Source: an uncultured delta proteobacterium (GTDB taxonomy: Bacteria; Myxococcota_A; Polyangia; Fen-1088). From it: a stretch of DNA of 64,000 bases. Location: positions 256,001 to 320,000 of the forward strand of contig CAVTRY010000011.1 in the NCBI GenBank assembly GCA_963737265.1, in the 5' to 3' direction. A program made the position numbers and the translations under genes. This document shows, piece by piece, positions 37,646 through 48,155 of this stretch (the first letter of the stretch is position 1; every line of letters starts with the position of its first letter). The notes below the pieces were generated by a model, which was not told the origin of the DNA, did not search any database, and saw nothing but the letters and a program-made list of their open reading frames with translations.

Positions 37646-39739
37646 GTGATCAAGCTCAACGCAAAACTGCTCGTCGTATTCATGTCCGCCAGTGTCGCAG
37701 CCTGCAACGCCGGAGCATCGGGCGGTGGTGACAATGCAAACGGTGCCCTTGGCCGCGTGGAGCTTCAGCTCCAAGCTGTGCCGGGTATCTTCTTGAACAC
37801 CTTGGCCTATTCGACCACTGGTCCGCATTCCTACTCGGGCAACGTGGATGTCTCGCACTCCGCGACGATCAGCGCGGTCATCGGCAACATCGCCGCTGGA
37901 TCGCCCTACACCCTGACCCTCACGGGAACGGCCACCGACGGAACGACAACCTGCACGGGAACCTCGGCGCCCTTCGCCGTGACGGCGTCGATGACGACCG
38001 CGGTCGCGGTGCATCTCGACTGCAAGCTGGCGCACAACACCGGAAGCATCTCGGTGACCGGCCAAATCAACGTCTGTGCGAACGTCGCCGGTGTCAGCGC
38101 GAATGCGCCTGTTGGCAACACCATCGCGCTTTCCAGCACGGCCACCGACCCCGACAGCGGTCCGGGTCCAATCTCGTATTCGTGGACCGCCAGCGGCGGA
38201 ACGCTGAGCAGCACGACCGTCGCGAACCCGACCTTCGCGTGCAGTGGCCCGGGAAACGTCTCGCTTGCCCTAACGGTGAGCGACGGGGATCCGGGTTGCG
38301 GCGACACCTTCGATCTCCAGCTGACTTGCCCGCCGGACTCGGCCGTCGGCGCACAGGCGTGGGTCGAAATCGGCGCGAGCAGCCAGGCCATTGCGCGGCT
38401 CATCACACCGTACACCGTGTGCCCCTCGATCACGGTCGATGGGGTTTCGAGCGCCATGACCGTCCGAGCTCTGCCGGCTAGCCTTCCGATCCGGACGACC
38501 AGCACCGATGCGAGCCTCGCTGCAGCGATGACGTCGGGCAACTCCAAGCCCTCGATCTTCATGACGACAACGTGCGAGTTCCTTCTCCCCGCGGCAGCGA
38601 CCACGGCCAGCGTGGCCGGCATCAGCCTGCCGCTGCCGAAGCGGGTCGTCAACCGCGTGGTGATCCTCGGTGACACCGGGTGCCGCATTTCGATCGGAAA
38701 CGTCTACCAGGCCTGCGCCGATCCCACGCAGTGGCCCTTCTCCGTCATCTCGTCGGTGGCTGCGGCCATGCAGCCGGATCTCGTTCTTCACGTCGGCGAC
38801 TACGAGTACCGCGACAATCCCTGCCCTCCGGGCAACACGGCCTGCGCCGGACAGCCCTGGGGCTACGGATCCGACGCCTGGGCGGCGGACTTCTTTACGC
38901 CGGCGGCGCCCCTGCTTGCGGCGGCTCCGTGGGTCATGGTCCGCGGTAACCACGAGGTTTGCAACCGCGCCGGGCAGGGCTGGTATCGGTATCTCGATCC
39001 GAACCCGTTCGACGGCACCGACGTCAAGACCTGCGACATTCCGGCCAACGACAACGTGGGCAATTACAACGATCCATGGGCCGTCTCGTTCGGCGACACG
39101 CAGTTCATCGTGTTCGACTCGTCGAACACTTCAAAGAGCGTCTACTCGCCCCCTGCCTTCATGCCCTACACGACCGAGCTCGCCGAGGCGGCCAGCTTGG
39201 CGACCCCGAACATGCTGAACCTGTTCGCCGTCCACCACCCGGTCCTCGGCTACTCTGCGGGCAGCCCGCCGACGGTGGGTAACCCTGGTCTCCAGTCGGT
39301 GATGAACGCGGCTTACCCAGGCAATTACTACCCGCCCAACATCGCCATCGCCCTCCATGGCCACGTGCACGATTTCCAGGCCTTGGGCTTTTCCAGCAAC
39401 CACCCGGCGACCTTCGTCGCCGGCAACGGCGGCGACAACCTGGACGCCGCGCTGCCCGCCGTGTTCGACCCCAACTCCGATTTGCCGGCGGCGAACACCT
39501 TGGTCAACACGTTTGCCTTCTCGAACGGGTTCGGCTTCATGCTGATGGATCGCGTGGGCGCCGTTGGCCAGAAGGACTGGAAGTTTACGGCGTATCGCAC
39601 GAACGGCACGGTGATCGCGGTGTGTAGCATGGCGGCGCCGGTCGCCTGCAGCGGCGTGTGCGACAGCACCCCGGGTAGCCAGATCACCTGCACCGACGGC
39701 AGCGGCAGCACCGTCGGTACCTACAAGAACATCCCATAA
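37646..39739 (+). CDS. Secreted lipoprotein: Ig/PKD-like domains plus calcineurin-like metallophosphoesterase
   Basis: Lipobox VAAC, GDTGC, HVGDY, RGNHE, VHHP, HGHVH. Confidence 0.85.
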   Translation: MIKLNAKLLVVFMSASVAACNAGASGGGDNANGALGRVELQLQAVPGIFLNTLAYSTTGPHSYSGNVDVSHSATISAVIGNIAAGSPYTLTLTGTATDGTTTCTGTSAPFAVTASMTTAVAVHLDCKLAHNTGSISVTGQINVCANVAGVSANAPVGNTIALSSTATDPDSGPGPISYSWTASGGTLSSTTVANPTFACSGPGNVSLALTVSDGDPGCGDTFDLQLTCPPDSAVGAQAWVEIGASSQAIARLITPYTVCPSITVDGVSSAMTVRALPASLPIRTTSTDASLAAAMTSGNSKPSIFMTTTCEFLLPAAATTASVAGISLPLPKRVVNRVVILGDTGCRISIGNVYQACADPTQWPFSVISSVAAAMQPDLVLHVGDYEYRDNPCPPGNTACAGQPWGYGSDAWAADFFTPAAPLLAAAPWVMVRGNHEVCNRAGQGWYRYLDPNPFDGTDVKTCDIPANDNVGNYNDPWAVSFGDTQFIVFDSSNTSKSVYSPPAFMPYTTELAEAASLATPNMLNLFAVHHPVLGYSAGSPPTVGNPGLQSVMNAAYPGNYYPPNIAIALHGHVHDFQALGFSSNHPATFVAGNGGDNLDAALPAVFDPNSDLPAANTLVNTFAFSNGFGFMLMDRVGAVGQKDWKFTAYRTNGTVIAVCSMAAPVACSGVCDSTPGSQITCTDGSGSTVGTYKNIP

Positions 39740-39743
39740 CCGA

Positions 39744-41105
39744 ATGGAAGCAACATCCCGACGGCGCCTGGCAACGGGCGCCGCGTTTGTATGGGCGCTG
39801 GGGGCGTGCGGGAAAGGCGCGCCTTTGCCCTCGCCGAAGCCGACCCAAAAGCCGACAATCGAACAGGCGTGGGCCGCGGCGAAGGTGCCCAAGCTGTCCG
39901 GGACGCCCGTGATACCGGCCCGCCGCACCCATGTCCTTCCGGTACCACCTCGCCAGGGACCGTCGGACAATCCTGTGCTCGTGGCCCTCGGCAAGAAGAT
40001 CTTCTTTGACGAGCGCTTGTCGGAGCCGCCTGGGACGAGCTGCGCGAGCTGTCACGATCCGGCGCGTGCCTTCTCGGGAAGCCATGGCTCCGGCATCGGC
40101 GTACCGCTTGGCAGTCGACCTGGACGCTTCGCTCGGCGTACTACGCCGTCCATTCTATACATGAGGTACGTGCCCAAGTTCCATTTTTTCGAGGACGACG
40201 AAGTCCCCGTGCCTGAACCGCGCGGCGGTTTCTTCTGGGATGGGCGCTCCGACAGCGTTGCGGAGTTGGTGCGCCAGCCTCTCTTTAACCCCGACGAGAT
40301 GAACGCCGGGAGCCCGTCCCGCCTCGCCGCCAAGATCGTGCGCGGACTCTACGCGAAAGAATTCCAGACAGCGCTCGGCCGGTCCTCGGCGCCGGAAGCG
40401 ATCGTGCGCGGGGTCGGCGCGGCCATCGAAGCTTTCTTGAAGAGCGACGAGATGACGCCGGCAACCTCGAAGTACGATGCGTACGTGCGCGGCCAGGCGA
40501 CCCTGACGGAGCAAGAGCGGCTCGGCCTGGAGATATTCAAGGACCGCCGACGCGGTGCCTGCTCGGGGTGTCACCGCATGGCAGAAACGTCGACCAATCC
40601 GGCGGAATCGATGTTCAGCGATTATGGGTATGATGCGGTTGCCGTGCCCCGCAACCGCGATTTGCCGGGCAATCGAAATGCTTTGTCCTTCGATCTCGGC
40701 CTTTGCCAACGGAGGAACAAGGCGACACCTTCGGACGACAAAAGGTGGTGTTCGAGCTTTCGCACGCCGTCGCTGCGCAACGTCGCCGTTCGGGGCAGCT
40801 TCGGGCACAACGGCGTGTTCAAGACCCTGCGCGCGGTTGTGGAGTTCTACGCCCGGCGCGCGGTATCGCCCGGCCTCGTCTACCCGCCGGGGCAGAAGTT
40901 CGACGACGTGCCGCCGAGATACCGAGGCAACGTCAACATCTACTCTCCCATCTACAACAAACGGGAGGGCTCCCCGTCGCCGATGACCGATGAGGACATC
41001 GATGCGGTCGTGGCCTTTTTGGGGACGCTGACCGACGCGTCCTACGTGGCGGCGGCGGCGCGCGGGGGGGGCAGCACGCCGGTCGCGCAGTCGCCCGCGC
41101 GGTGA
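39744..41105 (+). CDS. Diheme cytochrome c peroxidase/MauG superfamily protein (BthA-like)
   Basis: CASCH and CSGCH, FFWDGR, NPDEM, FRTPSLRNV, VVEFY. Confidence 0.88.
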   Translation: MEATSRRRLATGAAFVWALGACGKGAPLPSPKPTQKPTIEQAWAAAKVPKLSGTPVIPARRTHVLPVPPRQGPSDNPVLVALGKKIFFDERLSEPPGTSCASCHDPARAFSGSHGSGIGVPLGSRPGRFARRTTPSILYMRYVPKFHFFEDDEVPVPEPRGGFFWDGRSDSVAELVRQPLFNPDEMNAGSPSRLAAKIVRGLYAKEFQTALGRSSAPEAIVRGVGAAIEAFLKSDEMTPATSKYDAYVRGQATLTEQERLGLEIFKDRRRGACSGCHRMAETSTNPAESMFSDYGYDAVAVPRNRDLPGNRNALSFDLGLCQRRNKATPSDDKRWCSSFRTPSLRNVAVRGSFGHNGVFKTLRAVVEFYARRAVSPGLVYPPGQKFDDVPPRYRGNVNIYSPIYNKREGSPSPMTDEDIDAVVAFLGTLTDASYVAAAARGGGSTPVAQSPAR

Positions 41106-41118
41106 GAATACTGGCCAC

Positions 41119-42228
41119 ATGACGAGTCTCCTTGGGCGAGGGATCCAGCGCGCCACTGTTATCTCGGCGGCCGCGATCGGCCTGGCCACGTTGGCGCCCG
41201 AACGCCTCGCCTTAGCCCATGCCGTCGGCGTCTCCAGCGGCGAGTACCGTTTGGACGGCAACGTGCTCTACGGCGACATCGGGATGGCCGGTCGGGAGCT
41301 AGCCCGCTTGCTCCCCTCCATCGACTCGAACCACGACGGGGCGATCGACACCGATGAGCTGGCCGCGGGTCGCGAGGCCGTCGCGCGCGCCCTCGTGGGT
41401 GGCGTGACCGTGAACGCCGACGGAAGGGCTTGCCTCGGATCGCTAGCCCGGACGTGGGCGCTCGAGGCCGAGGGCGGCGTCGTCTTCCAGGTGCGCTACA
41501 CGTGCCCGGAGGTTCCTGGTCGGCTCACGCTGGCCGTGCCGATCCTCGACGCCCTAGCGCCGGGGCACCGCCACATGGCACGGGTTTTCCGTGCGGGCAG
41601 GGCACAGGTCAAAGTGCTCGACCGGTCCCACGCTATCTGGACCTTGGACGAGGCGATCCCGACTGAGAGCGCGGCCGGAATGGCTTGGTCGATGCTCAAG
41701 CTGGGGGTCGAGCACATCCTCACCGGCGCGGATCACCTGGTCTTCCTGCTAGGCCTCATCCTCGTGGGCGGGAGACTGCGCTCGCTGGTGGGTGTGGTGA
41801 CCGCCTTCACGCTCGCGCATTCGATCACGCTGGCGCTCGCATCTTTCTCCGTGCTCACGCCGAGTCCGCGCCTGGTCGAGCCGGCGATCGCATTGTCGAT
41901 CGCCTACGTCGGGGTCGAGAACTTCTTCGTCAAGGATGCGAGCAAGCGCTGGCGCATCACCTTCCCGTTCGGGCTCATCCACGGGTTCGGTTTCGCGGGC
42001 GCCCTGCGCGCGATATCCTTGCCCCGCGGACAGATCCCGACCGCGCTCGTCTCGTTCAACTTGGGCGTGGAGGTAGGCCAGTTCGCCGTTCTCGCCGTCG
42101 CGCTTCCCGTCATCCTGGCGGCGCGCCGCTCTCCTTGGTTCGGAGATCGGGGCGTGAAGGTGACGAGCGCTATGATTGCTGTCGTCGGAGCCGTGTTGTT
42201 CATCGTGCGCCTCGCGGCGCAACGGTAA
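41119..42228 (+). CDS. HupE/UreJ family membrane protein with N-terminal periplasmic EF-hand-like domain
   Basis: HILTGADHLVF, FTLAHSITL, GLIHGFGF, FNLGVEVGQ. DSNHDGAIDTDE loop. Confidence 0.88.
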   Translation: MTSLLGRGIQRATVISAAAIGLATLAPERLALAHAVGVSSGEYRLDGNVLYGDIGMAGRELARLLPSIDSNHDGAIDTDELAAGREAVARALVGGVTVNADGRACLGSLARTWALEAEGGVVFQVRYTCPEVPGRLTLAVPILDALAPGHRHMARVFRAGRAQVKVLDRSHAIWTLDEAIPTESAAGMAWSMLKLGVEHILTGADHLVFLLGLILVGGRLRSLVGVVTAFTLAHSITLALASFSVLTPSPRLVEPAIALSIAYVGVENFFVKDASKRWRITFPFGLIHGFGFAGALRAISLPRGQIPTALVSFNLGVEVGQFAVLAVALPVILAARRSPWFGDRGVKVTSAMIAVVGAVLFIVRLAAQR

Positions 42229-42308
42229 AAGGTGTGCCTCGTTGGGTCGACAGGCGGCTCGCTGGCGGCTCATTCGCGAAGTCGCCGATCCGGCCTTATG
42301 ATGTTGCC

Positions 42309-43610
42309 ATGAAATTCCTAACCGGGATGTCGGTGTTGTGTCTTATCGTCGCTGGGGCTGCGTGTTCGGATTCGGATTCTACCAAGAAGGGGTGCGGAAG
42401 CGGCTGCCCGTCGGGGTTCGTGTGCCAAAGCAACCAGTGTGTTCAGCCGCAGGGCTTGGATGGTGGCTCCCACGACAGCGCACCAGCCGTTGATGCGAGG
42501 GCAGTGGACAGCCAGCTTGTCGTCGACGCCACACCAGTCAATTACGTGACCGGATCGGCCGACATTGCGCCGCTCGTAGACGGTGCGCAGATGGTGGACA
42601 GCGCGGCCTCCCTCGACGCTTTGGTTCAGGGAGACACGGGTGCGCAAACCGACGTGGCCGTCCGGTCCGACACGGCGACCCAGCCGGATGTCCCGCTGCA
42701 AGCCGATGACAGGTCCGATGCGATCGTCCTGGCGGACGCGTCCGTGACCCTGGACCTGGTGCCGCTGCTCGACTCGACGGCGCCGCTGGATAGCGCCGTT
42801 CAGTTGGACGCGGACATTTCGGTCGATGCCACGTTGCCGCTGGACACGGCCATGGCGCTTGATTCCGGGCAGGCAGTCGACTCGGCCACCCTCGTCGACA
42901 CCGGCACGCTAATCGACGCGCAGACCTGTGCGTCGCCCTCGCAGTGCCCTCTGGTCTGGTTCACCTTCGACGAGCCAGCCGGCACGGGCACGGTTCGCAA
43001 CAATGGCACCCTGGCCATCAGCAACACCGCGAGCTTTTTTGAGCAAGGAGTTCCGGGCAAGGTCAATCTTGCCATCTCGCTCAATGGAACCAGCAACGGG
43101 ATCCTCATGGCGAATAATTTGGCACTGGATGCCCTCCCCAGCGTCACCGCGGAAGGCTGGATTTACTACGCCGATCTCAACGACGGCACCTACTCGACAT
43201 TGGCCAAGAAGGATGGCGTGTTTCTGTGCCGGGCCAACAACAGCGGTTCGACCCACGAAATCCAATCCGCGATTTGGGCCGCGTCGCCCGGCGGGGACCC
43301 GCTTTTCAATCAGTCGGCGGCCATTTCCACGCCCGCGCTCAACACTTGGTACCACATGGCCTGTGTGTGGGACGGTTCCAGCAAAACCATGACGACCTTC
43401 TGGAACGGAAGCCAGATCGGTTCCTGGACCGACGCCACCCGGGCCTCCACCCTGGAAAGCAGCAACAATCCGTTCCTGGTGGGCGGCGCCGGCTACGGCG
43501 AAAACCTGCTTGGCCGACTTGACGAGTTCAAGCTGTGGAGCCAAGCTCGTACGCCCCAGCAGATCGGTCAGGCGGCCGGCAAGAGCTGGGACGGGAGCAC
43601 CTGCAACTAG
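42309..43610 (+). CDS. Lipoprotein with Asp-rich linker and C-terminal LamG/concanavalin-like domain
   Basis: Lipobox GAAC, WFTFDE, NTWYHMACVWDG, GRLDEFKLW. Confidence 0.8.
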   Translation: MKFLTGMSVLCLIVAGAACSDSDSTKKGCGSGCPSGFVCQSNQCVQPQGLDGGSHDSAPAVDARAVDSQLVVDATPVNYVTGSADIAPLVDGAQMVDSAASLDALVQGDTGAQTDVAVRSDTATQPDVPLQADDRSDAIVLADASVTLDLVPLLDSTAPLDSAVQLDADISVDATLPLDTAMALDSGQAVDSATLVDTGTLIDAQTCASPSQCPLVWFTFDEPAGTGTVRNNGTLAISNTASFFEQGVPGKVNLAISLNGTSNGILMANNLALDALPSVTAEGWIYYADLNDGTYSTLAKKDGVFLCRANNSGSTHEIQSAIWAASPGGDPLFNQSAAISTPALNTWYHMACVWDGSSKTMTTFWNGSQIGSWTDATRASTLESSNNPFLVGGAGYGENLLGRLDEFKLWSQARTPQQIGQAAGKSWDGSTCN

Positions 43611-43639
43611 CGATCGGTTGAACGAGGAGTAGGCGGCGT

Positions 43640-45211
43640 TTGACGGCGAAGCCGAGACAAGATTCCCAATGTCGACAATCCCTTGCCGTTCTTTTCGCCA
43701 TGGCATTGGCCGGCTGTTCTTCCGGAACCGAGGGAGCCGTTCAGAGAACGGGCGGTAGCACGGCCACGACAAGTGGCGCCACATCGAGCGATGGCGCGAT
43801 CGGTAGTGGCGGCGTGACGAGCAGTGGCGGAATCCCCAGCTCTGGCGGTTCTGGCGGGGCCACCGGAGACGCCGTGGGCACCGGCGGTGCGACGGGCAGC
43901 ACAGGTGGCGGCAGCTCTGGCGCCGCGACAGCTTCGGGTGGTGTTGCGCCGTCGGGTGGCGCGGCGGTGAATGGCGGCGCGGCAGTCACCGGCGGCAAGT
44001 TTGAAACAGGTGGTAGCGCAGGCTTGGGCGGCGGAACGGTGACAGGCGGCACCACGGGGCCGGGCGGTACGACTAGCGCCGGAGGCAGAACCGGCACTGG
44101 CGGAACGAGCAGCAATAGAGGCGGAACAACGGGCGCGGGAGGCGCCACCGAAACGGGAGGAACATTCAGCACATGTCCAAGCACGAACGCCAATCTATTC
44201 GCAATCGGCGCCGACGTTTCTTGGGTTCAAGCCGACGAGGCCGCGGGCATGACCTACGTCGACACGGATGGCGTGACCAAAGACATCTTCGTTCTCCTCA
44301 TGAACCACGGGTTCAATTACATTCGCCTGCGGACCTTCGTCGATCCGACTGCGTCGGACGGCTATTCGGCGGCTGGCTATTGCGACATCACCCACACGGC
44401 CGCGATGGGAAAGCGCATCAAAGACGCGTGCATGGGCTTCTCACTCGATTTTCACTACAGTGACACCTGGGCGGATGCCGGCAAGCAGTGTATTCCCCAG
44501 GCTTGGCTGAGCATGACCCTCGCTCAAATGATCCTGAAGGTCCATGACTACACGTTCAATAGTATTCAGACTCTGATGGCCGCCGGCGCGCGACCCGATA
44601 TAGTTCAGATTGGCAATGAGATTACGCCGGGCATGTTGATCCACGCTTGCGGCGCAGCGGGCACCCTCACCTCGACCAACGCCGTCAATGGCAGTACGTC
44701 GAATTGGACCAATCTCTCGGCTTTTCTCAAGGCGGGAATCCAGGGCGTTCACGACGTCGATCCTAGCATCAAGATCGCGCTTCATACCGACATGGGCGGC
44801 TACCCCAGTGGCAACTTGAGCTGGCTGAACAATGCAATATCTCACGGCGCGAGGCCGGATTTCTATCTGGATTCGTGCTACGTGGCATCTCAAGGACAGC
44901 CAAGTGGTTGGCAGACCAACTTCAACACCCTCATGAGTACCAGCGCATTCACCAATGTCCGATTCGGAATCGCCGAATACAACAACGAAGCCGTCACGAG
45001 TCCAGCCGGTACGACCAGCATTCGAAATGCCAACGATATCATTTATAACCTGGCCAATAACCGCGGATTCGGGGCGTTCTTCTGGGAGCCGACACATTCA
45101 GGGGGCTGGGGCAGCGGTCTATTCACCGTCAGTGGAAGCGTCAGTACGGCCATCGTCTCGGCCTTTGCCATCTACGATTCGATCAAGACCACCTACAAGA
45201 GTCGCTTGTAG
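43640..45211 (+). CDS. GH53 endo-1,4-beta-galactanase lipoprotein
   Basis: GADVSW, NYIRLRTFVDP, DFHYSDTWAD, VQIGNE, IAEY, FFWEP. Confidence 0.9.
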   Translation: MTAKPRQDSQCRQSLAVLFAMALAGCSSGTEGAVQRTGGSTATTSGATSSDGAIGSGGVTSSGGIPSSGGSGGATGDAVGTGGATGSTGGGSSGAATASGGVAPSGGAAVNGGAAVTGGKFETGGSAGLGGGTVTGGTTGPGGTTSAGGRTGTGGTSSNRGGTTGAGGATETGGTFSTCPSTNANLFAIGADVSWVQADEAAGMTYVDTDGVTKDIFVLLMNHGFNYIRLRTFVDPTASDGYSAAGYCDITHTAAMGKRIKDACMGFSLDFHYSDTWADAGKQCIPQAWLSMTLAQMILKVHDYTFNSIQTLMAAGARPDIVQIGNEITPGMLIHACGAAGTLTSTNAVNGSTSNWTNLSAFLKAGIQGVHDVDPSIKIALHTDMGGYPSGNLSWLNNAISHGARPDFYLDSCYVASQGQPSGWQTNFNTLMSTSAFTNVRFGIAEYNNEAVTSPAGTTSIRNANDIIYNLANNRGFGAFFWEPTHSGGWGSGLFTVSGSVSTAIVSAFAIYDSIKTTYKSRL

Positions 45212-45221
45212 GCGCGTCGAT

Positions 45222-46613
45222 TCAGACCGGGTAGTGGGGAAGTGGAAGCGGGCGAGGTTGGGTTGTCATCGGTCCATCGATCCATCGTCTCAATCTGTCG
45301 CTGACCCGCTCGAGGTATCCGTCGCCGCGCACGACCTCTTGGTAACCTGGGACGGTTCCGACCCACGTGCCCAGTCGGAGGTTCGGCGCATCCGTGAGGT
45401 ACATCGTCGCAAGGCCCATCAGCGCGGGGCCATCCATACCCGCGGTGGTGACCCCGAGCTGGCCAACCAGGCCATGCACTCCCCTCAAATGCTCGATGAG
45501 CTGGAGTTGCGCGCGCCGCATGTCGGCGCCTTGGAAGATGGGCTCCTTCCAGAAGACCGTCATGTCGACGGCGCCCGGCGGGACCCCGCCGTCACGGAGG
45601 GCGTCGCCAATCAGGACAGGCACGCAATTGACGGCCAGCGCTCGTCGGGCAAGCTCGACAATCTCGGCGTATGTTGTGTTTCGCGTGGGATGATGCACGC
45701 CTTGGCGGACCCACAGGAGAGCCTTCTTTCCCGTCGAAACGCCGGCGAGCCTCCGCTCGGTCCAATCGACGACTGCCTGCGGGATTGGTGCATCGCCGAG
45801 GAATGCGGCCCGGACCTTTCGCTGCGCCGAGAGAGGGTCGGCGCGAAAGGCGCGTGCGACGATCTCGGGGAGGTGCTTGTTGGCGCGCGGGCGCGAGCGA
45901 TACGGCGTAAGCCTTGAGCCGAGGCCGGCGTCCCGAAGGAAGCGCTCTGCCTGCGACGATTGCCGCTTGCCCGGCTCGATCTGAATCGCGACGCCGGCCA
46001 GGACGGCTGCCGCAGCGAGGTACCAGCCTTCACCAAACGAGAAGCCCGGGTCGGCATGGAAAGTATAGGCGTGGTTTCGCTCGTCCACGATCCTGTGTGC
46101 GTCGCGTGCCGCAGCTTCTGCTGCCCGAGCTGCTTTCCACCCGGCGTTGTTGTCGAGCTCGGCGGCCACGCGCGCCGCCGCCGCCGCCGACGCCTCCGCA
46201 ACAGCGACAATCTCCTCGACCCGCTGCCAGCCGTCGTCGCAGGCTTCGCTCGTCGGAGCGCGCTGGGCGCCGAGCGAAAGTTGGCCCGCTCCGTGGCGAG
46301 CGTCTTGTGCGCGGGCAGCGTGGGCCTTCACTAACGTAGAACGCGCGTTCGCCTTTGTCCGGGCATCCATGCGAGCGTCTTCGCAAGCGTCCCTATTCGC
46401 GTCACCTCCCGCTTGTTCGCCCTGTCGCTCGGCGGCGGCGAGGACGCGATTCGCAAGATGGATCGCGAGCTGGATTTGACGACGATGCCGCTCGCGCCCG
46501 CCCGGCAAGTGCAAGGTGTCCGCCTGCGCGAGCTCGTCGGCGAGAATGGCCGCAGCCGCACGCTCGAGAGCGTGCACATCAAGAGACGCCGCGAGGTCGA
46601 GCATCGTCGCCAC
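45222..46613 (-). CDS. Hypothetical protein: N-terminal helical region, C-terminal possible GT-B glycosyltransferase-like domain
   Basis: Long ORF. ALLWVR..HHPTRNT, PVLIGD, GVTTAGMDGPALMG resemble the C-domain of GT9-like enzymes. Confidence 0.55.
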   Translation of the reverse strand: MATMLDLAASLDVHALERAAAAILADELAQADTLHLPGGRERHRRQIQLAIHLANRVLAAAERQGEQAGGDANRDACEDARMDARTKANARSTLVKAHAARAQDARHGAGQLSLGAQRAPTSEACDDGWQRVEEIVAVAEASAAAAARVAAELDNNAGWKAARAAEAAARDAHRIVDERNHAYTFHADPGFSFGEGWYLAAAAVLAGVAIQIEPGKRQSSQAERFLRDAGLGSRLTPYRSRPRANKHLPEIVARAFRADPLSAQRKVRAAFLGDAPIPQAVVDWTERRLAGVSTGKKALLWVRQGVHHPTRNTTYAEIVELARRALAVNCVPVLIGDALRDGGVPPGAVDMTVFWKEPIFQGADMRRAQLQLIEHLRGVHGLVGQLGVTTAGMDGPALMGLATMYLTDAPNLRLGTWVGTVPGYQEVVRGDGYLERVSDRLRRWIDGPMTTQPRPLPLPHYPV

Positions 46614-46696
46614 GGGCTCTCTTTACCGTCCCAGAGCCGCGCGGTCTAGCCGCGCGAACCTGGCCGAAGGCTTCTTTCGCTATACTCACGAATCGA

Positions 46697-47293
46697 CTAC
46701 TTCGCGCCACCGTAGAAATAGTAGTCGGCGCTGTAGTCAACACTCAATTCCGCGTCGGGCTTTTCGCCTTCGCAGCCAGATGCCGGGGCTTTCCCTTGGT
46801 TCGTGTTCACGCGCTGTACGTATTCCACCTTGGAGAACACCCCGGCACCTTGGTGCGCGGCCGCCTGCACGAGAAGCCACGGTATCGCATCGGCTCGTGG
46901 TGCATCGACCTGGGCAATCTTTTTTCCCCGTATGGAGCTGCCATCGACCGACAGCCAACTCGGGCCCGCGCCGTGCGTGCCGGCCCGGTTTTCCTTGGCA
47001 TCGAAGAGTTGCGCGGCGGGCGCCTTTAGAATCCAGGCTGGCGGCCCGCTGGCGGAGGCTTTGCACGAATATATCTGGGTCCCGACCGCATGAAAGCGAG
47101 CCAGCAGGCTGGCTCCTGCGGGCACGCGGATCGTCGCTGGCACTTGGGGCGACACGAGCCACCCCGCCTCGTCATTCAGGCGCTGCGCCGGACTATCGTT
47201 TCTTTGGGGTGCCGTTCGGCACGCGATTCCCATTCCCACACCCGCAAGGGAAAGCGCGAAAATCAGCGTAGTCTTCGATCGACTCAGGTTCAT
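46697..47293 (-). CDS. DUF3455-domain protein
   Basis: AVGTQIYSC, LKAPAA.L, HGAGPSW..DGS, IPWLL, VQRVNT, YSADYYFY. Confidence 0.8.
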   Translation of the reverse strand: MNLSRSKTTLIFALSLAGVGMGIACRTAPQRNDSPAQRLNDEAGWLVSPQVPATIRVPAGASLLARFHAVGTQIYSCKASASGPPAWILKAPAAQLFDAKENRAGTHGAGPSWLSVDGSSIRGKKIAQVDAPRADAIPWLLVQAAAHQGAGVFSKVEYVQRVNTNQGKAPASGCEGEKPDAELSVDYSADYYFYGGAK

Positions 47294-47361
47294 GCGTGCA
47301 GCTTCCTCGGCAACTGCTGCTTTTACTCTGACACGCGTCCCTGAGCGCGGCACTACGCAAT

Positions 47362-47841
47362 TCAGCGCGGCCCCTGGATCGGGAGCACGATGGTCGCGCA
47401 TTTCACGCGGGTCGGCCGCTGATCCTTGGGATACCTGAAGACCAGCTGTCGCGTTCGCTCCTGCCCTGGAGCAAAGGCTTCGGATCTGTCGGCGGCGGAA
47501 TTCACGTCCGGGTGTCGAGCCACGACCAAAGGTTCGGTACCCTGGCCTTTCTCGGTGAGGGTGCATGCGTCGTAGGAAAACGTTTGTTCCTCGGCGGCCT
47601 CATTGTGCACGGTCAGAACCATCCAAATGAACTTTTCGCCAATCTCGGGATGGAATTCCACACCCCCTTCGCCCACGTACTCGTCGGGGCCTTCCTTGAC
47701 CTGGCCGAGTGTAACGACCCACCCGTCGGCGCGCTTGGAAACCGGGGTGTTCATCAGGATCGAAGAACATGCCGAGAATCCGCCGATCCACGCACCTAGT
47801 AAGAACATCGTGTTGACGCCGCGCATCGATTTCATGTGCAT
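47362..47841 (-). CDS. Hypothetical lipoprotein (DUF4352-like Ig fold)
   Basis: Lipobox FSAC, KFIWMVLTVHN, FAPGQERTRQLVF. Confidence 0.55.
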   Translation of the reverse strand: MHMKSMRGVNTMFLLGAWIGGFSACSSILMNTPVSKRADGWVVTLGQVKEGPDEYVGEGGVEFHPEIGEKFIWMVLTVHNEAAEEQTFSYDACTLTEKGQGTEPLVVARHPDVNSAADRSEAFAPGQERTRQLVFRYPKDQRPTRVKCATIVLPIQGPR

Positions 47842-47915
47842 TCCTCCAAGTGCGCCTTCTGCCTCTAGCTCGACGTTGTAGGACGACTGTCGGCCAAATG
47901 CAAGCTGACGCGGAG

Positions 47916-48155
47916 CTAGCCTGGTAGGGGCTTCTCAGGCTTCAGTTGTTTGTTCGGGTACAGGCTCATGAAGAGCTGGACCAGCTTGCTGCGACGGACG
48001 GGGTTGGTTCGGGGAAGCGTGCTGTCGCAGTCCGAGCAAAGATAGAAGATCTCCACGCCCGGCTGGCCATCGACGAGCTGATACGAAAAGCGAATGATAG
48101 TGGCCTTCTCATCGCTCACGATGCCACACTGGTCACAGCGGAAAGTGTTGGACAT
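47916..48155 (-). CDS. Small zinc-finger-like protein
   Basis: CDQC...CSDC in ~79 aa. Confidence 0.5.
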   Translation of the reverse strand: MSNTFRCDQCGIVSDEKATIIRFSYQLVDGQPGVEIFYLCSDCDSTLPRTNPVRRSKLVQLFMSLYPNKQLKPEKPLPG

